A stretch of DNA of 64,000 nucleotides from Paramecium tetraurelia (GCA_000165425.1 CT868016.1:186001-250000), one strand, 5' to 3'; shown: positions 11,706 through 24,865, counted from the stretch's first letter. Numbers and translations are program-made. The notes: generated by a model from the letters alone, not told the origin.

Positions 11706-12913
11706 TCAAACTATTTTGGAAGTAACTTAGACAAACTTTTTGAGATTTATTTATTTTTTACTCAATAAGTAGATTGCAGCAACCACACAAAACCCAGTTG
11801 TAATGCTCCACTTCCAATACTACTCTTTTTTCTTTTTGTTCTGATTCTTATGAAATTATCATGTATAGTTACCACTAAGGCTTATTTCTTGATTATTTCA
11901 ATTTCTTTAAGCACTTTTTACCTCCTCTGTCTCACTCTATTCATGTCATAGAATGTAACAACCTTAATCTGTATCACTATTTACCTTATCCGTAATGCAT
12001 TCAGTCTTCTATTGATTGTTCACCTCTCTAAAATGGCTGAACAACGAGAGTTTACTGATGAAGTACACCTTAACTTTCAAGGCAAATTGTTTTCTATTGA
12101 TGGTTATTTGATTCATCTGGAGAAGTTTAGAGAAATCAAGATTCACGTCTCCATTGTATAAAATTATTAACACAATTGTGGGATATTTGTACTCTTCCAA
12201 ATAAGGTATATATTCTGATCTAATAATCTGATGTTACCTAGTCTTCAAATTAATGTTTAGTTTACAGTTGATCTGAAAAGGTTGTCTATCTTCTGTTTGA
12301 TCTCATAACACAGCTGTTTGGCCTTGGTAGCTGGATATTTGATTCTGGTCTCGAATATCACTATTTCCCCCTAAAGTATGTCTCCTTGATCCTTAGCTAA
12401 TTTGTTAGAATATAACTCATAGAAGTTGTGCTAATTCTATTCTTACTTCTCTTAATTAAAAGAATTAGATGGATTATGCACAAATTGATGTCTTCGATTG
12501 GCTTAATCTTGTCTACTCTATTATTTGAATTATACGTGGTTCTTATTGATCGAAAATATTCTTCCTTAGAATAAACGTTAGTGTATTCCAATTTCTGGTC
12601 AAACATCAAAGAAAATGAATTAAAAGTGAAATTTCTCAATGCAAAAAATACTTGACTCTCCGTGTTTTGATTCTACATTAAAACTAGAGCAAATTACATT
12701 GATTTGTTGTGTCTTGTAATTAATCAATTGTTCGCAACTCACTTTTTTTGAATCCAATATATGCAGCATATGAACAAATGAAGAAGTTAGAAAGGAATCA
12801 AATTCATCCCCAATCAAATAATGTGCATACCGCTATAAGAATTGACTCTCTATCTTTGAATGAATATCTTAAGCAGAAGCCTACGATTTTCCAGTATGAG
12901 CAATATCGTTCAT
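11706..12913 (-). CDS. Hypothetical tail-anchored membrane protein
   Basis: Multi-intron frame from MNDIAHTGK. A C-terminal hydrophobic segment (YWKWSITTGFCVVAAIYLLS) is followed by a short basic tail and TGA. Confidence 0.65.
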
Positions 12914-13214
12914 TTTAACAAAAACTTATATTAAATATATTAATAATCCTTATTATTCTAAATTCAACAAATGATAGAACAATACATATATTTCAACATT
13001 CCCAATCTACTACTTAATTTGCACCAACACAATCATCACAACTGAGATTTTCTGTAGCACTCTTCTGAATTTCTAATGTTCCTGAAATGTTGCTATCCCA
13101 ATCTAAGATTGTATCTCTTTAGACTTTAGAATATAGACAGTTGATTCAAAATTGGTCATTTAAAAAGGTTATTAGAAGAGGTTCAAATAAAAATATATTT
13201 ATTTACACTTAATA

Positions 13215-13682
13215 ATGAATCAAAAACCTAAATTATAAGGTTGGTAAGATCTTACTAACACTTCAAAATTTACTAACCAATTAAGAATCTTAAGCGACTC
13301 ATTAAATTAAAGTCCCAAATAAGTCAAACCTGCTAGTTCTCCATTTAATAATGTGATCATAAAAAAATTTTTAACTCAACAATCACAATCTCCTAATTAC
13401 AAAAGAAATCCCCATCGAGATTTATAATAATATACTTGTAACAAAAAGACTTACTCTCCAGTATCCAGGGAATAACTATTTAATTTTAGTTCAGAGAAAA
13501 CTCAAAAAGACACTAATATTAAATTTAATGTGACAATTTAAGCAAAATAATTAAAATAAAGTCCTGTTGTGCGATGCCTTTAAAGATATCAGAAATAATA
13601 ACTAAGAAATAAGTTACTATTGATTTCAAAAGATTTAAACAATACATAAATTAACCATATAATTTAACTAATTTATAAATGA
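13215..13682 (+). CDS. Hypothetical basic protein (155 aa)
   Basis: Intronless code-6 frame MNQKPKLQGWQDL...HIIQLIYK*. Confidence 0.55.
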
Positions 13683-13709
13683 AAAATAAATGTATAAAAT
13701 TTCAATATG

Positions 13710-15300
13710 TCAAACCTTTTTACTTTAAGAATTGGCCATGGCTACATTAATAAATTTATAATAGAGAGCATTTCCAGGTGTTATTCTGTTTTTCAGATCT
13801 AATTACAAGCATTTTCCCAATAAATCTTTGAATTACAAAACCATTTTTAATGTTCAACATTCAACCCTGATTCCTTATTCTTCAAAAGGGTGCTAATAGT
13901 ACTTGTCGGCTTATCCCCAATAACACTGGCTTCAAAATTACCTGTCTAGTGTTAGAATCGATTAATCTGCTTATAAATTTAAGATGCTAATCAAAATATT
14001 TTTAGACTAAAACAGATCGGTTCAACATTTTCATAGATGGGTTTGAAGATGTAATTTCAACATGTCATTATTATTGTCTCCAGAGAACAAGAATCACCAT
14101 GTAAACAATTCAAGCACTATGTCTGCTGTTACCATTACATCAATGTTAGTATCATAAGGGTAACCAATAATAATTTCAGGGGCACGATAATACCTACTTC
14201 CAAGATACTCCATTACTTTTGCTTTATCCACAGCAAAGACAGTACCAAATCGCATAATTTCAACAATTTGTATTAGCTGATAATAATATATTATCTGGCG
14301 AGATATCAGCATAAACGATATTTTGTTTTCTCAGATGGGATTCGGCAACTAACAACTACATAGCATAGGATCTAATTGCCTATAAGTTAATTCCTTATCC
14401 CTTAGTGTATTTCTTCAAGGCATTTCTAAGATTTAAGTCTAGCGATGCAAATATTAAACACAGATGTTTCTATGTTCGAAACTTTCAATCAATCTGAGAT
14501 TATGCTTTATATTATTTGGATCAGCCACGTTCAATTGCTTTAAAATTTATCTTTCTCTCTCCAGATCTAATGTAGAGATCTTCTGCTCTGATAGATTTGA
14601 TAGCATATTCCTATCCATTTTGATTGCTTTGCACACATTAGCAAACACTCCCATACGACATTTATTAATCAACTTATAATCATTTATCATTTCTCCAATT
14701 GTAATTCTATAATGCTTATGATTATCGGCTTCATATGATGAATTTGTATTATGTCTCATCATCATTTTCTGATTCATCATTTGATTAACCAAACATATCT
14801 ATATTGATTTTTCCTGTTTATCATTATTTTTATTTATTCTCTTGATTATTTACTTAAAATTAAAGAAATACTTGTTACAAATCCTTTATTAATCAACAAT
14901 ACTAAAAATAACTATTTATTTTCATCAATCTATTATTTAGGATGATCAAACATAAATCCTTATTCATTATCTGTTAATGTGAGACCTAAATCTCTTGTTC
15001 AAACTTTTTATATAATTCATCCCATTAACAATCATCTTCCTAAAAATAATCATCTTAATCTTCAAAATCCAATTCTTTTACATTTTCTTCAACATCTTCT
15101 TGCCCTCTTATTATTATTAATCTCCAATGTGTTATTCTTGCTTCTATTTCTTCCTAAGTTTACTTTGATCTTTTTATCTTTTCAATTTAAGTCTTTTATT
15201 TATTTTTTTATCCCTCTCCTTTTCCTTACTCTAAACGATATAATTAATTTCAATTGCTAATTTATTTGTGTTATCTATCCAAATTGAGTTATTTATTCAT
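13710..15300 (-). pseudogene. Decayed PRP4 kinase (PRPF4B-like) pseudogene
   Basis: PRP4K-like blocks (YRITIGE, GVFANV, ADPNN..LRLIESFEHR/HLCLIF, LNLRNALKKY, AIRSYA, SRYYRAPEIIIGYPYD, FSGDNNNDMLKL) are spread across different frames. Frameshifts lie near 14615, 14555, 14468 and 14250-14265, with an in-frame TGA at 14094-14096. The catalytic loop reads YADISPDN. Confidence 0.85.
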
Positions 15301-15741
15301 GAATCAAAGCACTAAATATTCATGTAAGATGCTAAATCGAGATTACACACAGAATGAATGATTATGACGTATGAGTCGTTATCTATAATCAGATTATGAT
15401 TTTGTTGATTTTTCTAATTAAAAATTAATACTATTAAGACATTCTTGAGATAATACGAAGTTATAAAATAAGCATATTTATGAAACTTAATTAAAAGTTA
15501 ATTTTTATAATAAAATATTCAAATATTTTCAATTGCTGGTTTGATTGAATCTTTAAGATACTAGTGAAATCTTTATGATTTGATTAAATAATTGAAAGGA
15601 ATTCCAATTAATTCTAATATATATTAATTAAATGAAAAGTGTAATTCAAAAAATTTATATTAAGGAAAAGTAATCTTTAGTTTAATATTGGGATTATAAC
15701 ACAAACTTTAAAGATCTTTTTAAATCAATAATATCATTTAT

Positions 15742-16312
15742 ATGGTTAAATTCAACAAACGATCTCAAACTTACCCCAAGGACTCCAACAGCGACACATG
15801 TATAAAAAATTTTGAATTTAGAATCTCGAGAAAGCATAGAAAGTCTTAATTCTTGTTCAATAACGATCGAAGAAGGAGGGCCTCATTAAGAAAATTGCAC
15901 CATTTGCTATAAGAAACTCTGCTCGAAATGCTTTAAAGAATTAGAACTGTTCCCTTCAAAGAGAACTCAGACTTTCCAATGTCCACATTGTGAAGAAATA
16001 AAGGAATTAAAAAATACTATCCTCTGCTACATCGTGAATACTCTCTAATTGCTTATTTTCCTTGCTCTCTTTCCTCTAGTGGCATTTGCACTGGCCCTTA
16101 ATAAAACTGAAAAGTTCATATAAGAAATAGAAACAAAAATAGAAAGCATTTTCATAATTTTGATGGTTAACTTACTTTTCAGCATACCTATATACGTCGG
16201 AGAACTTATATATTGCATTTTTATTGCTCCGATCAAAATTTTCCTCGCTTTTCATGAAGCAATCGATCGCAGAGACTTTGTAATAATGAAAAGAGTGTTC
16301 TCGTAATAATGA
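15742..16312 (+). CDS. Cys-rich zinc-binding-like protein with two TM segments
   Basis: One 22-nt intron. CTICYKKLCSKC...CPHC is followed by two hydrophobic stretches (LLIFLALFPLVAFALAL and IFIILMVNLLFSIPIYVGELIYCIFIAPI). Confidence 0.7.
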
Positions 16313-17082
16313 AATTTGATTTTATATGTGTTTATTGATTAGTACGTAATATATATCACAATCATTTCTTTTGATTTGAGTAATTTATGGCAAAGATGAT
16401 GCCAATTAATTATGCATTATTTAAAAACAATTGTCTTAAAAGTCCTTTTTCCTAAAATAATTCGCATCGATATAATTAGTTTTGAATAAATTCCATGTTC
16501 CTTATTGATTTATCACATAATCGTGTCCCATTAGAATACCCTGACAACTCTCTTAACATAAATATTTTAGATTGCATTTTTGTCAAACATTAACTTAAAT
16601 ATTGATGTCATATGTTATTATTTTGATGAAAAATGTAGGTTTTACACATTCATTCTCATCTGAAATCAGATAGAGAATATTCACTATTTGATTTTAGATG
16701 AATAAAATGAATTTACTAAGAAGAGTTAGATTATGAGAAAATCAACATTCACATTATGATCAACGAATCAAATTTAAGTGAATTAAACAGATTTAGAGAT
16801 TGTTATATATAATTTTCTTCATATTTCATTATATAAAACCTGTATTGTTGTTAGTAGATTATTATCTTAAAATATATAGGATATTTTTGTATAATTTAAT
16901 CTAAAACAACTTAGATAGGATATCGACACTTGAATAAGGTCAGCTATTGTATTTGATCATAATTTTCTTCAGAGTATTAAATCATATGAAAAATCTTAAT
17001 GTATAAAAATATATTATTATTATTATAATTAAAAGTTGATAAAATAAATAATGTATTTGTAGTTTAATAAATAAAGTTGAAT

Positions 17083-18635
17083 TCACTAACATTAATTAAA
17101 TGAAGACTGAGGAGGAAGAATATTCATAGACTCTAGCTATAATAGAGTTCTTTTAAAATGACTAGAATATAGAATTTGTAATTACACATGAACTGATTAG
17201 TTTTTGAGTTTTAGATATTTAACCTCTAAGGGGGAAGGACTCAATTCTCCATTGTTTTCTTCATGTTCTTCTTGATTTAATTGTTCTTTTGTAACTTTGC
17301 TCATGCTTTCTAAAGCCAAGGCCAGAAGATTATTATCTTCAAAAAAAGAAAGTTAGGACAGATTATTTTGATGACTAGGCATGCCAATAACAGTCTAATT
17401 TCCACTTTAATTGCAACTACTAAAGGAATCGTTAAAACTGGACTAACTTTTTTACTTTGCAGGTGTCAAAGAGATCTTCCTACACTTCTATTCAGGAGTC
17501 TTAAGAAAACTATGTCCAGATAACCCATCTGCACCATTAAGAGTACTTGATGAGGCTTGTTTTTTTCTATTTTACAATAAATCTTATGGTTCCTAATCTG
17601 TAGTTCTTCTGGATCGTTTCAAAACTGCAATTTCTGAACTCGGCACTTATAATGATGATGGAGTGTAATCCCAATCATATCTTAATTGATCTTGAATGTT
17701 TTGTGAATGAGCTAATTTTTAAAACATTTGTCTTAAGAATTTATAATCTGGAGTTGCTCGGAAATCCAGCTTGCGTGCATAGTCTATCATCCTCTCAAAT
17801 TCATTGGGTAAACCGCTGCACAACTCATTAAGAGGGATTGTGTTTTTCATATCGCCCACAGCCTTAATTTTCTATTCATCCTATAATTTTAAAACTTGCC
17901 AAGGTAGGCTTCCTAAATCAAGATAAAAGACTTAACCTTTCAAGAGGTAGATCAATACATATCCCAAAGATTCCAAATCGTCTCTTCGGCTTAGTTCTTG
18001 TCCTTTATGAGCGCCCAAACTCGCATAACGAGATGTCCCCAGAAATGGCTTATTTTCAGAAAAGTTGCTTGGAATACTGTCATATTTCATACATGTGTCT
18101 GCCTTTCTTGTCTCGGTAGAACTTGCTAATTCCGAAATCCACTAAGTATAAATTCGAATCGTTATCTCTCCCAGTTAATATATTCTCTGGTTTGAGGTCT
18201 CTATGCAAGACAGATCTCAAATTGATAGAATATTTTACTTCAGATGGATATTCTCCAGAATACTCAGCATCTACTCTGCAATTAGTAGGACACATTTCAG
18301 GGAAAACTTTTTATATTGTCTTATATAATAAGTAAGATCTTTTCCCAAGAAACTTATTACCATTAGCATTTATTTCTTGTGCTCTCCGAAATAGTAAAGT
18401 CTAGGAATATTGAGAGTCCCATTCAAATGCTATAGAATTTTTGCCTATCGATAATTATTTACTTAAATATAGTTACTTCCTTCTCCAAACTGGATCCCTA
18501 GTCATTCTTTTCTATCTTTATTGCCACATACTAATTAGATTAAACATCCTATCCCACGTACACCACACCAAATGACCCTTAAGAAATTTTCTTCTTTATT
18601 AAGTATTATTCATTAATCATTAAAATAATGTCCAT
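17083..18635 (-). CDS. Casein kinase 1 family protein kinase
   Basis: [68 protein letters not shown] and [10 protein letters not shown]. Short introns. Confidence 0.93.
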
Positions 18636-19190
18636 ATTACATTTTATTAGATTCCTAAATCAAAAAGCATCACTCCTAACAATTCAGGCAAGCGATGTCT
18701 CTATAAATCATGGATGCGAGAGTCGGACTCAATTCATACTGTTAACTAATTTAACTGAGAATCAAACATAATTCATTTGAAAATAAATCAATTCATTAAC
18801 TCAGGTGAAGAAAATGATCTCTTGAGCATAAGGATATTTAGAGGACATAATAAAAATGATAAAAAAATAAGAATAATTTAGAAACATCTCAAATAGAAAA
18901 TTGCTTTAGCTTCTAATTATGCATTTAAATTGAAATATTAAAATATGAAGGGAGAGAACTACTAAACCCGTTATGTGAACATTTATTTGTGTGATTTTCA
19001 ATCCTCTGAAACATCTTTGGTTAATTGGAATATGTTTCTAACATTTTTCATTATGAAATTTAATGACTGTTACTGACAATCTCTTATGGACAAGAAGACC
19101 TTATAATTTTGATACTGAATTTTAAGATATCAATAGTAAATACTTATGTTTTATACTATCATCTAATAAAATATATAATAATAAAAAATA

Positions 19191-20098
19191 ATGTCAATAT
19201 CGAAATAATTTCACCTTTAATTCTCGCAATCACCAAGATCTATCAATAAAACTTCTTTAAAATACGATCTCGCCTTGCTTGGTTAGAGTGAAAGATTGAT
19301 AAAGTAGCCTCAAATTGCGCCTTAGAAACGTCAAAGAAGCATAATAAAACAGCAATTATTCCTTAAAACTTAAATCTCAAATTCATCATTAAACAAGTCA
19401 AACGAAGACTTTCTATTAAAGAAACAAAGCTAGAATTAAACTTCCTTTTAAGAATAGCTTATAATGAAAGATTTGATTATATAGGAGTACGAAAAAAAAT
19501 ATAGGGATCAGGTAATTTTAATTTTAGAAATTTAGATTGGTGTTTGTTAACAACTGAGTTGCCAGGTTGAATAATAGAAGGAGTTGATTGATTAATTGCA
19601 ATTGCAAATCAATCATCTGAAACTCTACATTTTGGACCTGAAAAAATAGGTTGAAAACAGTGTTTTACATCAGCAATGCAATCAAAAGCAGCAGGAATAC
19701 AAAGATTAATTAAGGAGGTTTGATGAAATTCTCAGATAAACTATGGATTAAAACTATGCAACTCAATAAAGGATTAAAGATTTCGAACTAAAGTCCTAAA
19801 AACTAAAATAGTAATCAGTAAATATTTAAATAAAATTGAGAATGATTTAAAATACCATATCATATGTAGGAATTGCAATGCTCAAATCAAGAATGCCGTT
19901 ACCTTGATTCCCTGTGCACATACGTTTTGCAACAGATGCATTAGTAACTTTAAGGGACAGTGTTTTGTCTGTTTAGATTAGGTATTTCTTGTTTCTTAAT
20001 GGTAGAGCAAAGTCACTGCCACATACGCCAATGATTACATAACAGATTTGGCTTAAATATACTAAACTTTAGAATCTCTAATCGGTGTAATATAATGA
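19191..20098 (+). CDS. Coiled-coil protein with C-terminal C3HC4 RING finger
   Basis: A Q/E/K heptad region precedes CRNC...IPCAHTFCNRC...CFVC. Two 24-nt introns. Confidence 0.85.
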
Positions 20099-20197
20099 TG
20101 ATTATTAATTTTATATATAATAATAAAAGGGTTTGTACCTTGTGTAGTTATTTGCGAATATTAAATTATTGGTACATAGATTAAAATTTACACTAAA

Positions 20198-20573
20198 TCA
20201 AAGATTAAGTAGTCCTTAATAGTACTCATTGTAGCAATTATGCAGGTCTTGTTCGACCTTTTGGTGACAATGCTCATATTCTCTTTCGTCTGATTATGAC
20301 TTGTAGCATTCCAAGGCTTGTCTTTCAATAAAGAGCAAGCGTGTAGACAAAAGATTGGCTATGTTGTCGACTTTGCCTTCATATTTTTCCATGCCTAAGA
20401 AAATTAGATTCTTTCTTACATGTGGCAAATAATTCAAAATTGGTTGAATTATCGAGACAAGCTTATTTATGGTTAGTTGCTGCTTCAAGAGACTTCCGCA
20501 TTTACTCTTCAGATAGTTTAATATTATGTTTATAGGAATCGAAATCCTTTTCATATTACTATTTTTTTTACAT
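20198..20573 (-). CDS. Small helical protein with twin CX12C motifs (116 aa)
   Basis: MQKKQQYEKDFDSY...ACLDNSTNFELFATCMEKY...ECYKSQSDEREYEHCHQKV...LLNL*, using the 25-nt intron at 20395-20419. The supplied ORF uses the wrong frame for exon 1. Confidence 0.7.
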
Positions 20574-20641
20574 AAAATTAATATTAATATATATATATAA
20601 TTTTAGTGATTATCTAATTATATAAATAAATAATTAATGCA

Positions 20642-22458
20642 TCATTAAAATTGTTTATTAGTAACAATAGGATCACACATTATGCTATTATAAACTTTTT
20701 CTCTGAGTAGTTTGATAAAAGTTTGTGTTTGGTTTTCAATCAGTTCTCCCAACAACCTTGGTATATAAGCGTAGTATTTCCTATAGAGATCTTTCTCTGC
20801 GCTGGTGAGTTTTTCTTGCTTTACAAAATAGCAATAACTGATTTGATTGAACTTCTCGATGTATTCAATACTCGCATTATTCATAAAGTTCTTATAAACA
20901 ATTAATGTGAATGCTTACTTTCAATTGATGCTGAGGTAGTTGTTGCTTCATCAATTACAAGCAATTGACCATATGATTGGTGAGTTCATAATAATTTTTA
21001 CCTGTTGTCATAAACTAACTATTCACTTATTGCTGTATTTTGTTTATATAATTGTGGATCACAGGATTGATGTCGATTTGCACTTTCCTACATAACTCAA
21101 AATAAATACTTATTCAAATTGATTCCATTTACATCAATATTTAGTTGATAATCATTCGTCATTGTATTGTAACCCTGTAGAATCATGGTTATTATTTTTA
21201 GAACTTCTTCCAGCAATTATTCTTTCTGGATTTCCCCATCCTAATCATTTATTAATTTTTGGTCCTATTTTGATGCTACTTACGATTTGTAGTCATCCAA
21301 GATTAATTGATAATGAGCAATCAATTCATTCTTTTAATTGATTTCATTCAACTATTGAGTCTGAGTATTCAACTATTAATGATAGTTATCTTCCATCTCG
21401 CTTAATAGTTTCTCGAACTCTTTGATGGTTTCATCTTGCTCCAACAGTTTATTTTTATAAAATTACAGCTCTTCAATCATTTCCTATTTCTCTTCTTAAA
21501 TACTCTAGCACACCTATTGATACTTATCTAATTAGATCATCACCTTCTACACTTTATCAAAGGCAGTCTTCCCTTCCACTACACATACCTTATGGATAAA
21601 TAACTCTAATTAGGACATCATTTTATTGGAGTAGTTTTGATTTGTTTGTTATTTGATTTGATCCAATATTGGCTTGAAAGGCAGAGAATTGCCTTAGTGA
21701 AATGCATTGTCCAACAATTTAATTACTTATTCGATTTACTGAGATTGGTCCATATTAATAGTCCAACAGCCTTTTAGAGCTGATCTCAATCCTTGATGCT
21801 ACTTCTAATATAACTTAGTAATATCCATATTGCATTGCAACAACTCAAAAAGAACCCTGCTCTTCTCCTTATAAAATAATAATTCATCCTCCTTTTTGAT
21901 TAGTTACTCCACCATTTCTTCCTGTTTCTATGTGGTCAATTGGAGGATCTCTTGATTCTTCTAGAGAATCTACTAATTCATTTAGCTGCAATGTCTCATA
22001 AATATGTCTAAGATTTCCTTTTATTCTAATTCTCTGTTTATGGACTCTTGCAATTCCTATTAGTAATATGGTGTGGTTTCGATGTATTTAATTTGAACAT
22101 TGTCTTCTCCTTATTTCTCTTGGTCCAGAAACAAATTGAGAATCTCTTTGGCTGTAGTAGTCTGAACAGGTACTTTTAATTTTTGAACATCTTTTTATTG
22201 TTAATTGTAGTCTTCGCTTAACGATTGATACTTTTCTTTGAATCCTTCATTGTCTCTAAGTTATTGTTCTAAGTAATGAATTTATTGGGACAACTCATCG
22301 ATCAAATAATTCTATTATGATAACTCATCCCGCATTTGTTCAATCTCTCTGTCCTTCCTCATAAGTTACGTAATAACAGGAGAGAATTGTTTATTCTTTG
22401 GAGGCAACGTACTTTGCGAATCATAAGAAGAATTAAGTTAATAACTTCTATCGATCAT
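20642..22458 (-). CDS. Long coiled-coil protein
   Basis: MIDRSYQLNSS... with extensive E/Q/K/L heptads, ending CDPIVTNKQFQ*. Intron positions were not all resolved. Confidence 0.75.
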
Positions 22459-22790
22459 TTGAAATTAATTTTACAATAATACAATAACTAATTACATTTA
22501 TCTCAGCAAATAAATTTTGTATTAAAAAGTACCTGATTTCAGGTCATCAATTTTATTTACTTATAGGGCAAATAAACAAATCAAATAGAGATATTAAATA
22601 GCTTGTGAGATTGAGCTTTCCGGCTCATTTCTCTCCTTCTGTTCTTAAAAACTGTATTATTTATTTAAAAAGAGTACATTTCAAGGGAAAACACAAAGTA
22701 ATCTCTTGAATAACATATAAAACTAAGTAGAATGATCAATTAAACATAGAATTTATTTATTGGGTCTAGGAATTATATATTAATAATAAA

Positions 22791-23466
22791 ATGGATTAAT
22801 TACTGTTAGTTTAACCTGAAAGAATGCTAAAATTTGAAATGGAAAATAACTAATACGTTGCAAGAATAGTTTTACAAAATGTTTCAGCAATCTTCGTAGC
22901 TTTTAAAGTTAGACTAAGCAATCAAAATGATTATACTGTAAAACCAAGCATAGGTGTATTGAGAGCAGGCAACAGTGTAACATTGCAATTAACTACCGAA
23001 AATGCAATTAGTATAAATGTGGATCGCGTTTAGATTTTGGCTGGACCCATTTCCAACAATGAGGTAATACTTGATAATATTGGCAGGATGTGATTTAATT
23101 TTTCAAAAAATAGCAGAGATTAAATCAAAGGATCCTTAAATGCAGCAGTGGCGAAGCTTCTTCTTTGTCATCTACTGTGTACAAATCTTCCATTTCTCCG
23201 TAAGAAATTAATGATTTTAAAACAACTACAATTAAAACTGAATATGTGAAACCGCAGAAGAAATAATCGGCATCAAAAGATGTTCTGAGTTTGGAAGAAT
23301 AGATTAAATTGATTGTATTTATACCTCATCTATTCTTGTGTAGAGTGAAGATCTGAAAGTTATCAAGGAAAAACAAAATGATGGCAAGATAACAGTTGGG
23401 ATAAAATAATTCTTAATATCAATTTTTATTGCAATGATTGTTGGAGTATATATAACTTATAGATGA
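22791..23466 (+). CDS. MSP-domain tail-anchored protein (VAP/Scs2-like)
   Basis: LLVQPERMLKF...LQNVSAIFVAFKVRLSNQNDYTVKPSIGVL, with C-terminal TM FLISIFIAMIVGVYITYR*. Two introns. Confidence 0.8.
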
Positions 23467-23472
23467 TATTAT

Positions 23473-24120
23473 TCAAATAAAAACAAATCTCGTTCTCTAA
23501 TTTATAAGCACGTTGGCAATATTGATTTTTTTCATGCTTTTTATCTATTCCTGAGTGAACTCAAATTGCACCTTCTTATTCGAGATCAGTTGATAGGACA
23601 CCGAATTCGGGTTCTAATTGGGAGGTCCTTCAAATGAACATATTTTCAGTATCCCTTGAGGGGATACATTTTTTATTTTTGTTGGAGTATTTTTACTATT
23701 CCGAGGTTTTTTATTAGGCCCGTCCTGAATTTAACCTAAAATATTCTTATATGGGCTGTTCATTTTAATCTATTGCATACTGGCAACATAAGGTTTATTG
23801 TTTCTTTTGTTCCTTTTATTTTCTCTTAAAATGCTCACACTTTTGCTGACATTAATTGTACCAGTTTAAATAACTCTATCTTGCCTTCTTATGTTATCCA
23901 CTCCTCTTAATATTGATTAATATTAAACAGATTCGTCATTACTATAACTCACTCCCATGAATTTATAAGCAGGAGATGGAATTGGTTGATTCGCCTGTTC
24001 ATTTTATATATAGGTATTATCATCATAGCAAAATTAGAAGTGAGTTTAAAATGGGCATATTTTTACTTGTTTAATTTCTTCATCTGAGTTGATGTCTACA
24101 TTTGATTCGAAACTATATTC
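23473..24120 (-). CDS. Hypothetical protein with SILK- and RVxF-like motifs; 5' end unresolved
   Basis: Long open code-6 frame NSFESNVDINSDEEIK...SPQGILK...NKKVQFEF...RFVFI*. An in-frame TGA lies immediately upstream, and the first in-frame ATG is near 23960. Confidence 0.5.
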
Positions 24121-24865
24121 CGTCGTCATAATCAAAAAAATAATTATCTCAACATTTAAGAATAAGATTTTACTTCTTATAATATTAACACATAATTAAT
24201 TTAACTAGTTTTTCATGTGGATTCCTATTAGCTCTCTTGTGAGAGAGGAATAATATCAAAAACATTTAAAACCACATTCTTAATATAACTTTATTAAGAT
24301 CTTGTGGAATTCCTAATCTGAATGATTCTCCTATTCTATGTTTTTCTATTTTTAAATGAATCCATTCTAAAACAGAGACAGTATGAGTACCAAATAAATA
24401 AAACAAATTAAATATCATTTATGAAATTTGGTAAGTTGTAACTTTTCTTTTTCATCCAGGCTCAAACCTTTAATATTCTCTATAATAAATCAAAATATGG
24501 TCAATTATTTTCTGAATCAGAATAATAATAAAAATAGGTTCAGTTGCATGTGTAATTTGTAATTTTAGTTGTTGAAGTTTAGAGAATTAGGTGTTAATGT
24601 AAGGAGAATTTATTTGAATGATATATTAAAAAATAATATTATTAGGCCATTAAAATCAAGATGAACTCATCAACAGAGTCTTGAAATAATTTAAAAATAA
24701 ATTAATTTCTCACCCTAGCAATTGGTTTTTTTGCCAGACTGTTAATTGGTTCTTGAATATGATGGGATCAAATTGATAGGTTGTAATGTTTTTGAATAAT
24801 GAATACATGTTCAATTTGTTGTACAATGAATTAATTGGTTGAATAATACTTCATTAATTACATTT

